From NCBI GenBank assembly GCA_963817895.1, contig CAWFQB010000005.1, positions 480,001 through 544,000 on the forward strand: a stretch of 64,000 nt of DNA. The letters run 5' to 3'. This stretch comes from an uncultured Chthonomonadaceae bacterium. Its GTDB lineage: Bacteria > Armatimonadota > Chthonomonadetes > Chthonomonadales > Chthonomonadaceae. A program made the translations under genes and the position numbers. This document shows, in pieces, positions 38,428-47,458 of this stretch (the stretch's first letter is position 1; every line of letters begins with the position of its first letter). Below the pieces are notes generated by a model. It saw only the letters and a program-made list of their open reading frames with translations. It was not told the DNA's origin and did no database searches.

Positions 38428-40769
38428 ATGAAGACGCTGTTTTCCGCATTGACATCACCAATAAACTTACGCTCAGGGCGGCGAACTTGCCTGCGAAATG
38501 CGCTGATGCTCGGCTGTGTTCTCGCCGTCAGCCTGTTTGCCCCCGCGCTTGCCCATGCCGACGCGGTTGTGACCGAGCCGACGGAAGCCGCGCTCGACGC
38601 GGCGCTGGCGCAGGTAGCGAAGGGCGGAACCATTACCTTCGCCTGTGACGGAACCATCCCCATCACGAACACGAAAAAGATTACTGCCGTTTCTACTACA
38701 TCCCCTACCGTCACGCTGGATGCCACCGGACACAACATCACTCTGGATGGCGGTGGCAAAACCACTCTGTTCTCTGCAACAGGACACATACAATATAATC
38801 CGATTGAGGACGTTAACATCCGCTACAGAGCGTCCATCGTTTTCAAGAGCCTGACGTTGACCAATAGCGCGGGCAGAGCCGTGTCAGCCAACCTGGGGAA
38901 TGTGACGGCCTCCAATTGCGCTTTTACCAACAATGGCGGTATCGTTGTCACCGGCGGCAATTTGAACGCCACCAACTGTTCGTTCACCAATAATACCGCT
39001 GCTTCGGGAGGAGCCGCGCAGGGCAGCAACGGAAGCATGACGGCTTCCTATTGTACCTTTGTCAACAATGTCGCTTCTTCCGGGGGCGCGCTACAGGGTT
39101 CTTCACTGATAGTGACTTCGCATTGCGCCTTCCTCAACAATCGCGCTACGAATGGCAATGGCGGAGCCATCTGCAACACTGTCAATGGCGTGTCGCTTTC
39201 AGACAGCGTGTTTGCGGGCAACTCCGCCGAGTACCCCGGCACCGGCGCGTCAGGCGGCGCGGTCTATTACGGGGGGCGAGGCGGCGCAAACACGATTACG
39301 CGTTGCGCTTTCCTCAACAACGCTGTAAGCGCCTCCGATGCCAGCATTGTTACCGGCGGCGCGCTGATGGCGGACGGCCCCTCATCTCCTACCAGCATAA
39401 CCAACTGCACGTTTGTGGGCAATCGCGCGGCAGGCGGGGGCGCAGCGGCAGGCGGCGCGATTTACTTTATCAGCTCCATGTACGGCGAACCAACAACCGT
39501 ATCACAAACTGCACGATTTCTGGAAACAATGCGACAGGCGGGCAGGGCAGCGCGGGTTCCGGCGGCGGCATTTACGACAACACGGCAATGCTTACGCTCG
39601 TCAACACGATTGTCGCCAACAACACCGCCAGCACGAGCGGCAACAATGGCAGGGGAACCCTCACGGATGGCGGCCACAATCTTTGTTCGGACACATCCTG
39701 CGGCTTTACTTTTGCTTCCAGCCTCAACAACACCGACCCCCACTTTGGCCCGCTCATCTATCCCGGCAACGCTGCCCCTACCCTCTCGCTGCTGGCAGGC
39801 AGTCCGGCCATAGACGCGGGCGACGACAGTTACGCGCCCACAACCGATCAGCGTGGAGCGGCTCGCGTGGGCGTAAGCGACATCGGCGCGTATGAGCGTC
39901 CACTCTGGCAGGTGGATAGTTTAGCTGTTGGCTCGGACGCCAAAACGCGACTGCTGTGGAACAAGAGCAATGCCGCCGCGCAGTTGTGGAACGTGGACAC
40001 GAACACGGGCGCGTACAGCATGTTCTGGCAGGGCGGGCTGTCAAGCGCGGGAACCATCACGAGCGTTACCGTTGGCGGCGATAGCGCCACCAATTTGCTG
40101 TGGCAGAACACGCAGGGACGCGCCCAACTGTGGCGGGTGAACACGACAACGGGAGCAGTCCTCAACCAGCATAGTTATGGCCCCAACGCGGGCTGGACAG
40201 TCTCTTCACTGGCAGTGGGAAGCGACAACCAACAACGGGTGCTGTGGAACAACCAGAACGGTTCCACGTTTCTGTGGAACGTCAACAGCGGCACGGGCAA
40301 CATTGGATGGGGCGCGTTCTACGATGTCATTCCCAACTGGACGGCAACGGCGCTGGCAGTCGGCGCGGATGGCAACCTGCGGGTCTTGTGGAACAACGCG
40401 AGCGGACAGATGTTTCTGTGGAGCGTCAACACCACAAGCGGGCAACTCGTCTCAGGAGCCTCCTTCGGCCCGGTTCCTGGTTGGACAGCAACGAACATCG
40501 CGTGTGGCAGGGACAACAACATTCGCGTCCTTTGGCAGAACGTCAGCGGCCAAACCTTTGTGTGGAGCGTGGACACGATAACCGCGCAGATCGTGTCGGG
40601 CTGCACATTCGCGCCCCGAACCGGCTGGAACGCGGCGGGCATTGCGGTAGGAGATGGCAACAACACGCGGGTTCTGTGGCAGAAACTGGATGGAACTGTG
40701 GAACTGTGGAATGTGGACACCGTAACCGGCGCAACGCTTTCCACGCAGAACTATGGCCCCCTGCCATAA
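38428..40769 (+). CDS. Secreted beta-helix protein with choice-of-anchor-Q-like segment and C-terminal repeats (indel near 39490)
   Basis: Signal peptide, GGA(I)/F-x-x-N repeats, GSPAIDAG..TDQRG..DIGAYE, then about six 44-aa VGxD..RVLW repeats. Confidence 0.75.
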
Positions 40770-40868
40770 CCGACAAAAAACTCACGGCGCAGAATAGCCG
40801 CTTCCTTGCGCAGGGCGCATTTTAGCCGCGCGGCCAACTTGCATAGAAAGTCAAGTCGGAGAGGAGGA

Positions 40869-41474
40869 TTATCGTTCCTCCTCCTCCGGCCCATTGAGCA
40901 ACGTGGGCGCGGCGCGGGGCGCGGGCGGCGGCGTATAGGTGGGAATGGGGGCCGGGGTGCTGCCGCCTGCAAGCGCGGGCAGAGATTGTTCCGCCGCAGA
41001 CAGCAGGGCAGACAACAGCCCGGCATCCCTCGCGCGCAGTATGTCGGCGTCATCCAGCGTTTTGCCGGATGGCACGACGACATGGCCTCGTATGTCGGTG
41101 ACATCCATTGTCAGGATACGGCCAATATAGCGGCGGGATTCGCGGTACTCTTCCACGCTGTCGAGCAGCCGCGCTTCCTTCGCGTTTTCCGTTTTGGCGT
41201 ATTGCGTTTGTACGGTTTCGCGTAAATCCTGCGTCTGCCCCTGCACGACCGCGCCCGCCAATGCCGCCAGTTTGCCCGCCTGCCGCGCCCGCGCCAGTAT
41301 CGCGTCGTCTATGCGCTGCCCCGCTTCGGCCAGCGTGTTACCCGCATCGTCCGTCACGGCCACGCCCGCAACCCTGCCCCGCGCAAAATCCGCCTGTTTC
41401 TCCCCGACCGCTTTTTCCGCTTTGCCGCGCAGCCCCTTCAACCAACCGCCAATACCGCCCAATTCTTCAGTCAT
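40869..41474 (-). CDS. Hypothetical protein with a duplicated VTDxxG..A..AG.L..L module
   Basis: Coding-like ORF with an internal repeat and a Pro-rich tail. Confidence 0.55.
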   Translation of the reverse strand: MTEELGGIGGWLKGLRGKAEKAVGEKQADFARGRVAGVAVTDDAGNTLAEAGQRIDDAILARARQAGKLAALAGAVVQGQTQDLRETVQTQYAKTENAKEARLLDSVEEYRESRRYIGRILTMDVTDIRGHVVVPSGKTLDDADILRARDAGLLSALLSAAEQSLPALAGGSTPAPIPTYTPPPAPRAAPTLLNGPEEEER

Positions 41475-41500
41475 ACTGTTCCCACCTGACTTTCTATGTA

Positions 41501-41621
41501 ACTATTCACCACCAAGTCACCAAGAACACCAAGAAATGCAAAGAGAAAAACTTCGATGAAGATTGCCGCAAAATATTTTCTTTTCTCTCTTGGTGTTCTT
41601 GGTGACTTGGTGGTGAATAGT
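41501..41621. repeat. Miniature palindromic element with perfect 34-bp arms made of CACCAAG-containing 9-mers
   Basis: 41501-41534 is the exact reverse complement of 41588-41621; 53-bp AT-rich spacer. Confidence 0.9.
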
Positions 41622-41631
41622 CGCCTTTCGA

Positions 41632-42324
41632 TCACCCCTCAACTCTCTGCAACGGCGACTCCGCCAGCCGTTTGTCAAGCAGGCCGGGAAAGCGTTCCAG
41701 CCACATCTGGTTGAGCGGGGACGGGTGCGGCAGGGGCGCGAGCGTGACCGTTTTTTCCACAACCTGCCCGTCACATTCGGCTTTCAGGATACACGTAAAC
41801 TCCGACTCGAACTTGTCCGGCTGTTTCCAGAAAGCGTCAAACTCCTTGCGGTCGGCATACGGCTTGAACCAGTCGAACGCTTCGGTTCCCATCGTGATAA
41901 TGTAGTTGCCCGCGAAGTGGCAGACAAGCAACTGCGCGACATACGGACGCAGGCGTTCTTTGACGCTCGTGGGATACGCCTTGTTGCCGACGGGTTTATA
42001 CGGAACCGTATTTGTCAGCAGCACATGCTCTGCCGCATCCGCAAGCCGCGTATCTTTTAAGGGCGGATCGGAATCGAACAAATATCGGTACACAGCCTTG
42101 CGAACGCGCTGCCCCGCATCCCCGATCAGCGGTTCGCCCTTCAAAACTTCGTGCCGTCCCAGATCACGCGCAAAAAACGCTACGGATGTATCTAATTGAC
42201 CGCCGAACAGAATGGGCTTGTTCGGGTCTTTCTTCGCTTCCGTGTACACGTCCATATCCAGCGAAATCTCGCCCTTCCGCGCTTCAGCCTCAATTCGCGC
42301 GTTCAGTTCTTCCAGCGTCGCCAT
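41632..42324 (-). CDS. Uracil-DNA glycosylase superfamily protein
   Basis: ARDLGRHE..GEPLIGDAG, LTNTVPYKP, PLPHPSPLN. Confidence 0.78.
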   Translation of the reverse strand: MATLEELNARIEAEARKGEISLDMDVYTEAKKDPNKPILFGGQLDTSVAFFARDLGRHEVLKGEPLIGDAGQRVRKAVYRYLFDSDPPLKDTRLADAAEHVLLTNTVPYKPVGNKAYPTSVKERLRPYVAQLLVCHFAGNYIITMGTEAFDWFKPYADRKEFDAFWKQPDKFESEFTCILKAECDGQVVEKTVTLAPLPHPSPLNQMWLERFPGLLDKRLAESPLQRVEG

Positions 42325-42535
42325 GCCGGCTCCTTTGAGTTGTTAGGTTGTTAGGTTGTTAAGTTGTTGGTATTCAGGTGACGGTGGAAAATTTATTTCT
42401 CAATACATCTTGAATACGAAACCGATACAACATTTATACTCCATACCTGCCGACAAAAGGGGAAACATGCGCCTCTCTCCATCCGTCCGACAGCAAACGC
42501 GAGGAATTACAGCCAGAAGAATTATGGAGTACGCC

Positions 42536-42883
42536 ATGAGAACAACGCAGCAGATGCAGGATGAGAACATCAGCGGGGATAATCCGATGGGTCTGGAAGT
42601 GTATTCGTCGGATGGGCAACTTATCGGGCGTATTCACGGGTATGTGGACGAAACGCCGGACGATGAGGCGGATACAGCAGAAGGGGCCGTTGACCTGACG
42701 GATCGCGCCGGACATTTGTTGGGCGAACGCCGCGTCATCATAGACGGACAGGGGTTTGTCACGCAGGCCCAGATCGCCGTTCCGCTTTCCCAACTTGCCC
42801 TCGACTACAAAGGCCGCCGCGCCACGCTGCCCCTGACTCTCGCCGAAATTGAGCAAATCCCGCATCATCTGCCGGAGATGTAA
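42536..42883 (+). CDS. Small PRC-barrel-like protein
   Basis: GLEVYSSDGQLIGRI motif; GGAG RBS. Confidence 0.55.
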   Translation: MRTTQQMQDENISGDNPMGLEVYSSDGQLIGRIHGYVDETPDDEADTAEGAVDLTDRAGHLLGERRVIIDGQGFVTQAQIAVPLSQLALDYKGRRATLPLTLAEIEQIPHHLPEM

Positions 42884-42944
42884 GAGGGGGAGAAGAGGAG
42901 ACAAGGAGATGGGGTTCCCACTCTCCTTGTCTCCTTTTCTCTCC

Positions 42945-43433
42945 TCATCGCGTCAGGTTGAGCATCGTGGCGGAGTGGGCGTGGCAAACGGCAATGGCAA
43001 GCGCGTCGGCGGCGTCGTCGGGTTTGGGGGTTTTGTCCAGCGACAGCAGTTGCGTAATCATGTACTGCACCTGCTTTTTGTCCGCCGCGCCATAGCCGAC
43101 AACCGCCATTTTCACCTCCATCGGACGATACTCCACCCAGGGCAGGCCGCGTTGCGCCGCCGCCAGCAGCAGGACGCCAATCGTGCCGCCTACGGATAAC
43201 GCGGTATTGACATTGTTGCTGAAAAACAGTTTTTCCGTCACCAGCACATCCGGCTCGTGAACATCGAGCAGGCGATTGAACTGCGTGGAAATGGCAAGGT
43301 ACCGATCCGGCATCGCCATCTCTTTGCTCGTCAAAATCGCGCCATGCGCGATGTACGTGATTTTACTGCCCTGCTTTTCCACCAATCCAAAGCCGGTTGT
43401 GGCCGTGCCGGGATCCATGCCGAGAATAATCAT
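42945..43433 (-). CDS. ruvC: Holliday junction resolvase RuvC
   Basis: ILGMDPGTATTGFG, EKLFFSNN, VVGYGAADK, PDDAADALAIAVCH. Confidence 0.95.
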   Translation of the reverse strand: MIILGMDPGTATTGFGLVEKQGSKITYIAHGAILTSKEMAMPDRYLAISTQFNRLLDVHEPDVLVTEKLFFSNNVNTALSVGGTIGVLLLAAAQRGLPWVEYRPMEVKMAVVGYGAADKKQVQYMITQLLSLDKTPKPDDAADALAIAVCHAHSATMLNLTR

Positions 43434-43440
43434 AAGAATT

Positions 43441-43597
43441 TTCACCACCCGCTGCGCTAGAGACACAGAGACACAGAGGGTTCACAGAGAAAAGATAGAA
43501 AAAGGAAGAGAAAAAGAACTTCCTAATAATACCTCCCTTGCCTCACTCCTAATCCTGTCCATCCTGAAAAATCCTGTTAATCCTGTCTATTCTTCCC
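43441..43597. repeat. Cluster of CACAGAGA-type and AATCCTG-type short tandem repeats
   Basis: AGAGACACAGAGACACAGAG and AATCCTGTCCATCCTG..AATCCTGTTAATCCTGTC; first 30 bp recur inverted at 45350-45379. Confidence 0.75.
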
Positions 43598-43598
43598 C

Positions 43599-45251
43599 TT
43601 AATGCGCTTCGGCGGCGGCAGCGGGGGCGCCTTTGGGCTTGCGCAACAGGAGGACGGCGGGGGCGGCGCAGACGAATACCGTCAAAATGAGCAGCCACGA
43701 GTCGTTGTAGGCCAGCATGGAGGCCTGCCGCATCAGCGTTCGGTCAATGGTCGCGTAGGCGACATGCTGCGCGGCATCCGCAGACAGTCCGCGCCCCGTA
43801 AAGGTGTTCGTCAGTCCCTGTAGCCGTGACTGAAACGCCGGGTTGCCGGGATAGATGTTGCCGATAAGATCAACCCGGTGGAACTGCGTGTGGTTGGTCA
43901 GGTACGTGCCTAGAATGGCGATACCGAACGAACCGCCCAATTGCCGCGCCAGATTGATAAGCCCGGAGGCCTGCTGCGCGATTTTGGGATCAATGTTGCC
44001 ATACGCCACGTTGTTGATGGGCGCGAACAAAAATCCCAATCCAAAGCCGCGCAACAGCAGGGCAAACCGCACGTCGCTTTCTCCCGCCGCCGTTGTCAGA
44101 TGCGCCATAATCCACATGGATACCACGAAAATCGCCACGCCGAGGAAAATCAGCATACGCGGGTCTATTTTGGATTTGGGGTTACTCAACAGCCGCCCGC
44201 AGATTAACGCGCTTGCCGCCGTTCCCAACCCTCCCGGCAGCAGTTCCAGCCCGGTTGTCGTGGGCGTGAAGCCGAGCAGGTTTTGGGCGAACAGGGGAAA
44301 CAGATACGTGCCTCCGTACAGGCCGAAGCCGAGCGAGATAAACAGGAACAGCGACACGGACAGGTCCCGGTTTTTCAATACGCGGAAATCCACGACGGGC
44401 GTTTTGTTACGCGGCGACAACTCCCACCAGAGCATCGTCACGAGAGTAACCGCCGAAATGAGGGACAGGCGCAAAATCAGCGGATCGTTGAACCAGTCGT
44501 CCTGCTGCCCCTCCTCCAGCACGTATTGCAGACACGACAGACCTACTCCCAGCAATATGATGCCGAAAAAGTCTACACCCCCGGTGCGGCGCACATAAGC
44601 AGGCGGGTCGTGCAGGAACGTGTACACCAGAAACGCGGATACCAGTCCGATGGGTATGTTGATGAAAAAACACCAGTTCCACGTATAATTGTCGGTTATC
44701 CAGCCGCCAAGCGTGGGGCCGAGCGTGGGCGCGACAATCACGCCCATCAGGAAGATGGCCTGTACCATGCCCTGCTGTTCGCGTGGGAAAATCTGTCGCA
44801 GCGTGGCCTGCGCAGTGGAAAGGAGGGCGGCTCCGCCCGCGCCCTGCACCACGCGCCACAGCACGATTTCACCCAGAGTGTGCGACGCCCCGCACAAAAA
44901 CGAGGCGATGATGAACACAAAAATGGAGAACGTCAGGTAATTGCGCCGCCCGAACGTTGCGGTCAGGAAGGCCGTCAGGGGCAGAACCACGACGTTGGAC
45001 AAGATGTAGCCCGTAGAAATCCACGCCACTTCCTGAAACGTCGCGCCCAGGTTCCCCGCCATCTGCGGCAGCGCGACGTTGATAATGGTGGTATCCAGCA
45101 CCTCCATTATCGCCGCCGTAATCAGTCCGAGCAGAATCAGCCACCGATATTCGCTGATGTCGGAGTGTTCCCCCCCGCCCGCGTGTGCCGCCGCTGCCGG
45201 TGGTTTGGCGGGAGGAACGCCCTGTTTGGTTGTCGCAATTTGTGTCGCCAT
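43599..45251 (-). CDS. DHA2 (EmrB/QacA) MFS efflux permease
   Basis: LDTTIINVALP, WRVVQGAGG, PTLGPTLGG, WCFFINIPIG, RQLGGSFG. Confidence 0.93.
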   Translation of the reverse strand: MATQIATTKQGVPPAKPPAAAAHAGGGEHSDISEYRWLILLGLITAAIMEVLDTTIINVALPQMAGNLGATFQEVAWISTGYILSNVVVLPLTAFLTATFGRRNYLTFSIFVFIIASFLCGASHTLGEIVLWRVVQGAGGAALLSTAQATLRQIFPREQQGMVQAIFLMGVIVAPTLGPTLGGWITDNYTWNWCFFINIPIGLVSAFLVYTFLHDPPAYVRRTGGVDFFGIILLGVGLSCLQYVLEEGQQDDWFNDPLILRLSLISAVTLVTMLWWELSPRNKTPVVDFRVLKNRDLSVSLFLFISLGFGLYGGTYLFPLFAQNLLGFTPTTTGLELLPGGLGTAASALICGRLLSNPKSKIDPRMLIFLGVAIFVVSMWIMAHLTTAAGESDVRFALLLRGFGLGFLFAPINNVAYGNIDPKIAQQASGLINLARQLGGSFGIAILGTYLTNHTQFHRVDLIGNIYPGNPAFQSRLQGLTNTFTGRGLSADAAQHVAYATIDRTLMRQASMLAYNDSWLLILTVFVCAAPAVLLLRKPKGAPAAAAEAH

Positions 45252-45379
45252 AATTTTAGGTTGTTAGTTTTCAGGTTGTTAGTTGTTGGTGGTCAGACCA
45301 ATCTCTTCACGCTTCTCGACTTCTCAATTTGTTCTCGCATCGGCTTTTCCTCTGTGTCTCTAGCGTAGCGGGTGGTGAA

Positions 45380-47458
45380 TTATCTGACTCCGCGAATGGC
45401 AGGCGAAGGCGGGGCAGGATAACCCGGCTGATTGGCGGTGAAGGAGAAGCGGCCTGCCGCCCGGTCTATCTGCGCGCGGGCGTTGTTGTAGTCGTACAGG
45501 GCGTTGATCTGGTTGGATTGCGCCTGCGCCAACGTGCTTTGCGCGTTGCTGAGTTCCAACTGCGGCGAGATGCCGGTTTGCTGCGACACGCCCGCGTTGT
45601 AGCGGACGCGGGCCAGCCGGTACGCTTCCCGCGCCTGCGACAGGCCGACATTGGAAACGGCCACGCGGTTCCGCGCCTGCACGAGCGCGATGTAGGCCTG
45701 CTGAACATCTACCTGCACCTGGTCTACGGACGAACGGCGGCTGACTTCCGCGCTTGCCGCCACGCCCCGCGCTTCCCGCAATCGGCCCCGCGCCAATCCG
45801 CCGTCGAAAATGGGAACCGTCACGCCCAACGTCACCGAACCCTGATTCTGACGCGCAAAGGCGGCAGGGTCGGGCTGGTACGAGTCGTTCAGAGACAGAT
45901 TCACCGAAGGCAACTGGCTGCGGCGGGCGTACTGAATACCGCGCTGCGCGGCGGCGATTTCGGCGTCCCCTTCCAGAATCTCCGGGCGCGTTCGCAACGC
46001 CTCTTGCAGCAGCGCGTTGAACTCCGGCCCAAAATCAAACGTGTCCTCGACATCACCGGTATTGGGCGCGGTCAGGGGAACAATGGCGTTGCCGTTCAAG
46101 GGTCCGGCAGGCTGCGGCTGCGGCGTTTCGATGGGATTGGGCGGCGCTACAGGCGCGATTGGATTGGGCGCGGTCGGGTTCGAGGGCGTACCGAGTGGCT
46201 GTCCGTTCGGCCCGATGGGCGGCACGGTCGGCGGCGCGATACCGGGCGGATAATCTACCGCATTCTGATCCGTAATGCGCAGGCGAGTCGGCAGGGCAAG
46301 CCCGATGGTGTTTTTGAGCGCGGCCAGATTCACGCTGAGTTGGGCGCGGGCATTGATTAGGTCCTGCTGCGCGTTCGCTACATCCCGCTGCGCGGAGATT
46401 ACATCGAACCGGGGGGCCGTTCCCGCCGCGTAGTTCTTGTTGGCGTCGCTCAAGCGGCTCAGGGCGTTGTTGACGTTGTCCGTCGCCACGCCGATTTGCG
46501 CCTGCGCCCGCAGGACGTTGTAAAACGAATTCTTGACGTTGTATACCACGTCGTTGCGAACGCGGTTGATGTCTATACGCGCCGCGACCTCCTGAAACTG
46601 CGTCTGGCTGATAGCCGCCCGCAGCGTTCCTGCCACATCGAGGGGCAGGGCGAGCGTTGCCGACAGGACGGGAAAGAACTGCGGCGTGATGGTCACGGGC
46701 GGCGGCGCAGTCGCTCCGGGTTGCCCACTGCTGAAAAGCGCGCCGAAGTTGGCAACCGTAGGCGCGTCGTAGCCGGTCAGGTTGGCGTTCGCGCTCACGA
46801 CAGGGTTGAGGGCGCTACGCGCCTGCTGTGTCCGTCCCCGCGCCTGTTCCAAAGCGGCTACGGCTCGCGCAAACTCCCGATTGGTGTACAGCGCGATGGC
46901 AACCGCGTCCTGTAACGTGATGGGCCGCTCCTGAACATAGCCGTTAATCGCGCTCAAATTGGGCGAAGTCCGCAGCGGCATATCGCCATTGGGCAAAAGT
47001 TGCGCGGGTGACGGAACCGTACCCTGCGGCGCAGTGGGCGGCGGGCCTTGCGGCAACGGTATCACGCCCGTCGGCACGGGAAGCGGCTTGACCGGGAGGG
47101 TATCGTTCTGCTGCGCAGGCGCGGGTGTGGCGGTCGTCTGCGCCATGCCGTTCTGCAATGACAGGATCGAGAAAGCAATGATGAGGATGCACCTCACCCC
47201 AACCCCTCTCCTTGCCGCGCAACGCGCCAGGAGAGGGGCTTTATTGTTGAACCCTATCTTTGCGCTTGCAAGTAAGGGTATTAAAATCGGATCAAGCATA
47301 CTTCTGTGTGTTAGGGAGGAGAATTGTGTACGCATACTTCTCTTTGCCGCACTATATAGCGAACAATCAGGCAAGTCTCCCAATTTCTGCCTCCTCTCTC
47401 CTGGCGCGTTGCGCGGCAAGGAGAGGGGTTGGGGGTGAGGTAAAGTAGGCATAGTCAT
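45380..47458 (-). CDS. TolC-family outer-membrane efflux protein
   Basis: ITLQDAVAIAL, two OEP repeats, PIFDGG, RYNAGV; ATG overlaps the upstream TGA; alternative GTG start at 47198. Confidence 0.85.
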   Translation of the reverse strand: MTMPTLPHPQPLSLPRNAPGERRQKLGDLPDCSLYSAAKRSMRTQFSSLTHRSMLDPILIPLLASAKIGFNNKAPLLARCAARRGVGVRCILIIAFSILSLQNGMAQTTATPAPAQQNDTLPVKPLPVPTGVIPLPQGPPPTAPQGTVPSPAQLLPNGDMPLRTSPNLSAINGYVQERPITLQDAVAIALYTNREFARAVAALEQARGRTQQARSALNPVVSANANLTGYDAPTVANFGALFSSGQPGATAPPPVTITPQFFPVLSATLALPLDVAGTLRAAISQTQFQEVAARIDINRVRNDVVYNVKNSFYNVLRAQAQIGVATDNVNNALSRLSDANKNYAAGTAPRFDVISAQRDVANAQQDLINARAQLSVNLAALKNTIGLALPTRLRITDQNAVDYPPGIAPPTVPPIGPNGQPLGTPSNPTAPNPIAPVAPPNPIETPQPQPAGPLNGNAIVPLTAPNTGDVEDTFDFGPEFNALLQEALRTRPEILEGDAEIAAAQRGIQYARRSQLPSVNLSLNDSYQPDPAAFARQNQGSVTLGVTVPIFDGGLARGRLREARGVAASAEVSRRSSVDQVQVDVQQAYIALVQARNRVAVSNVGLSQAREAYRLARVRYNAGVSQQTGISPQLELSNAQSTLAQAQSNQINALYDYNNARAQIDRAAGRFSFTANQPGYPAPPSPAIRGVR
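47191..47441. repeat. About 250-bp MITE-like element with ~47-bp inverted arms inside the tolC 5' end
   Basis: ACCTCACCCCAACCCCTCTCCTTGCCGCGCAACGCGCCAGGAGAG and an inverted near-copy; AT-rich core. Confidence 0.8.

Noticed and set aside
42945..43433. RuvC as a Cas12/TnpB-like effector
   Set aside because: Length and motifs match the ordinary Holliday junction resolvase.
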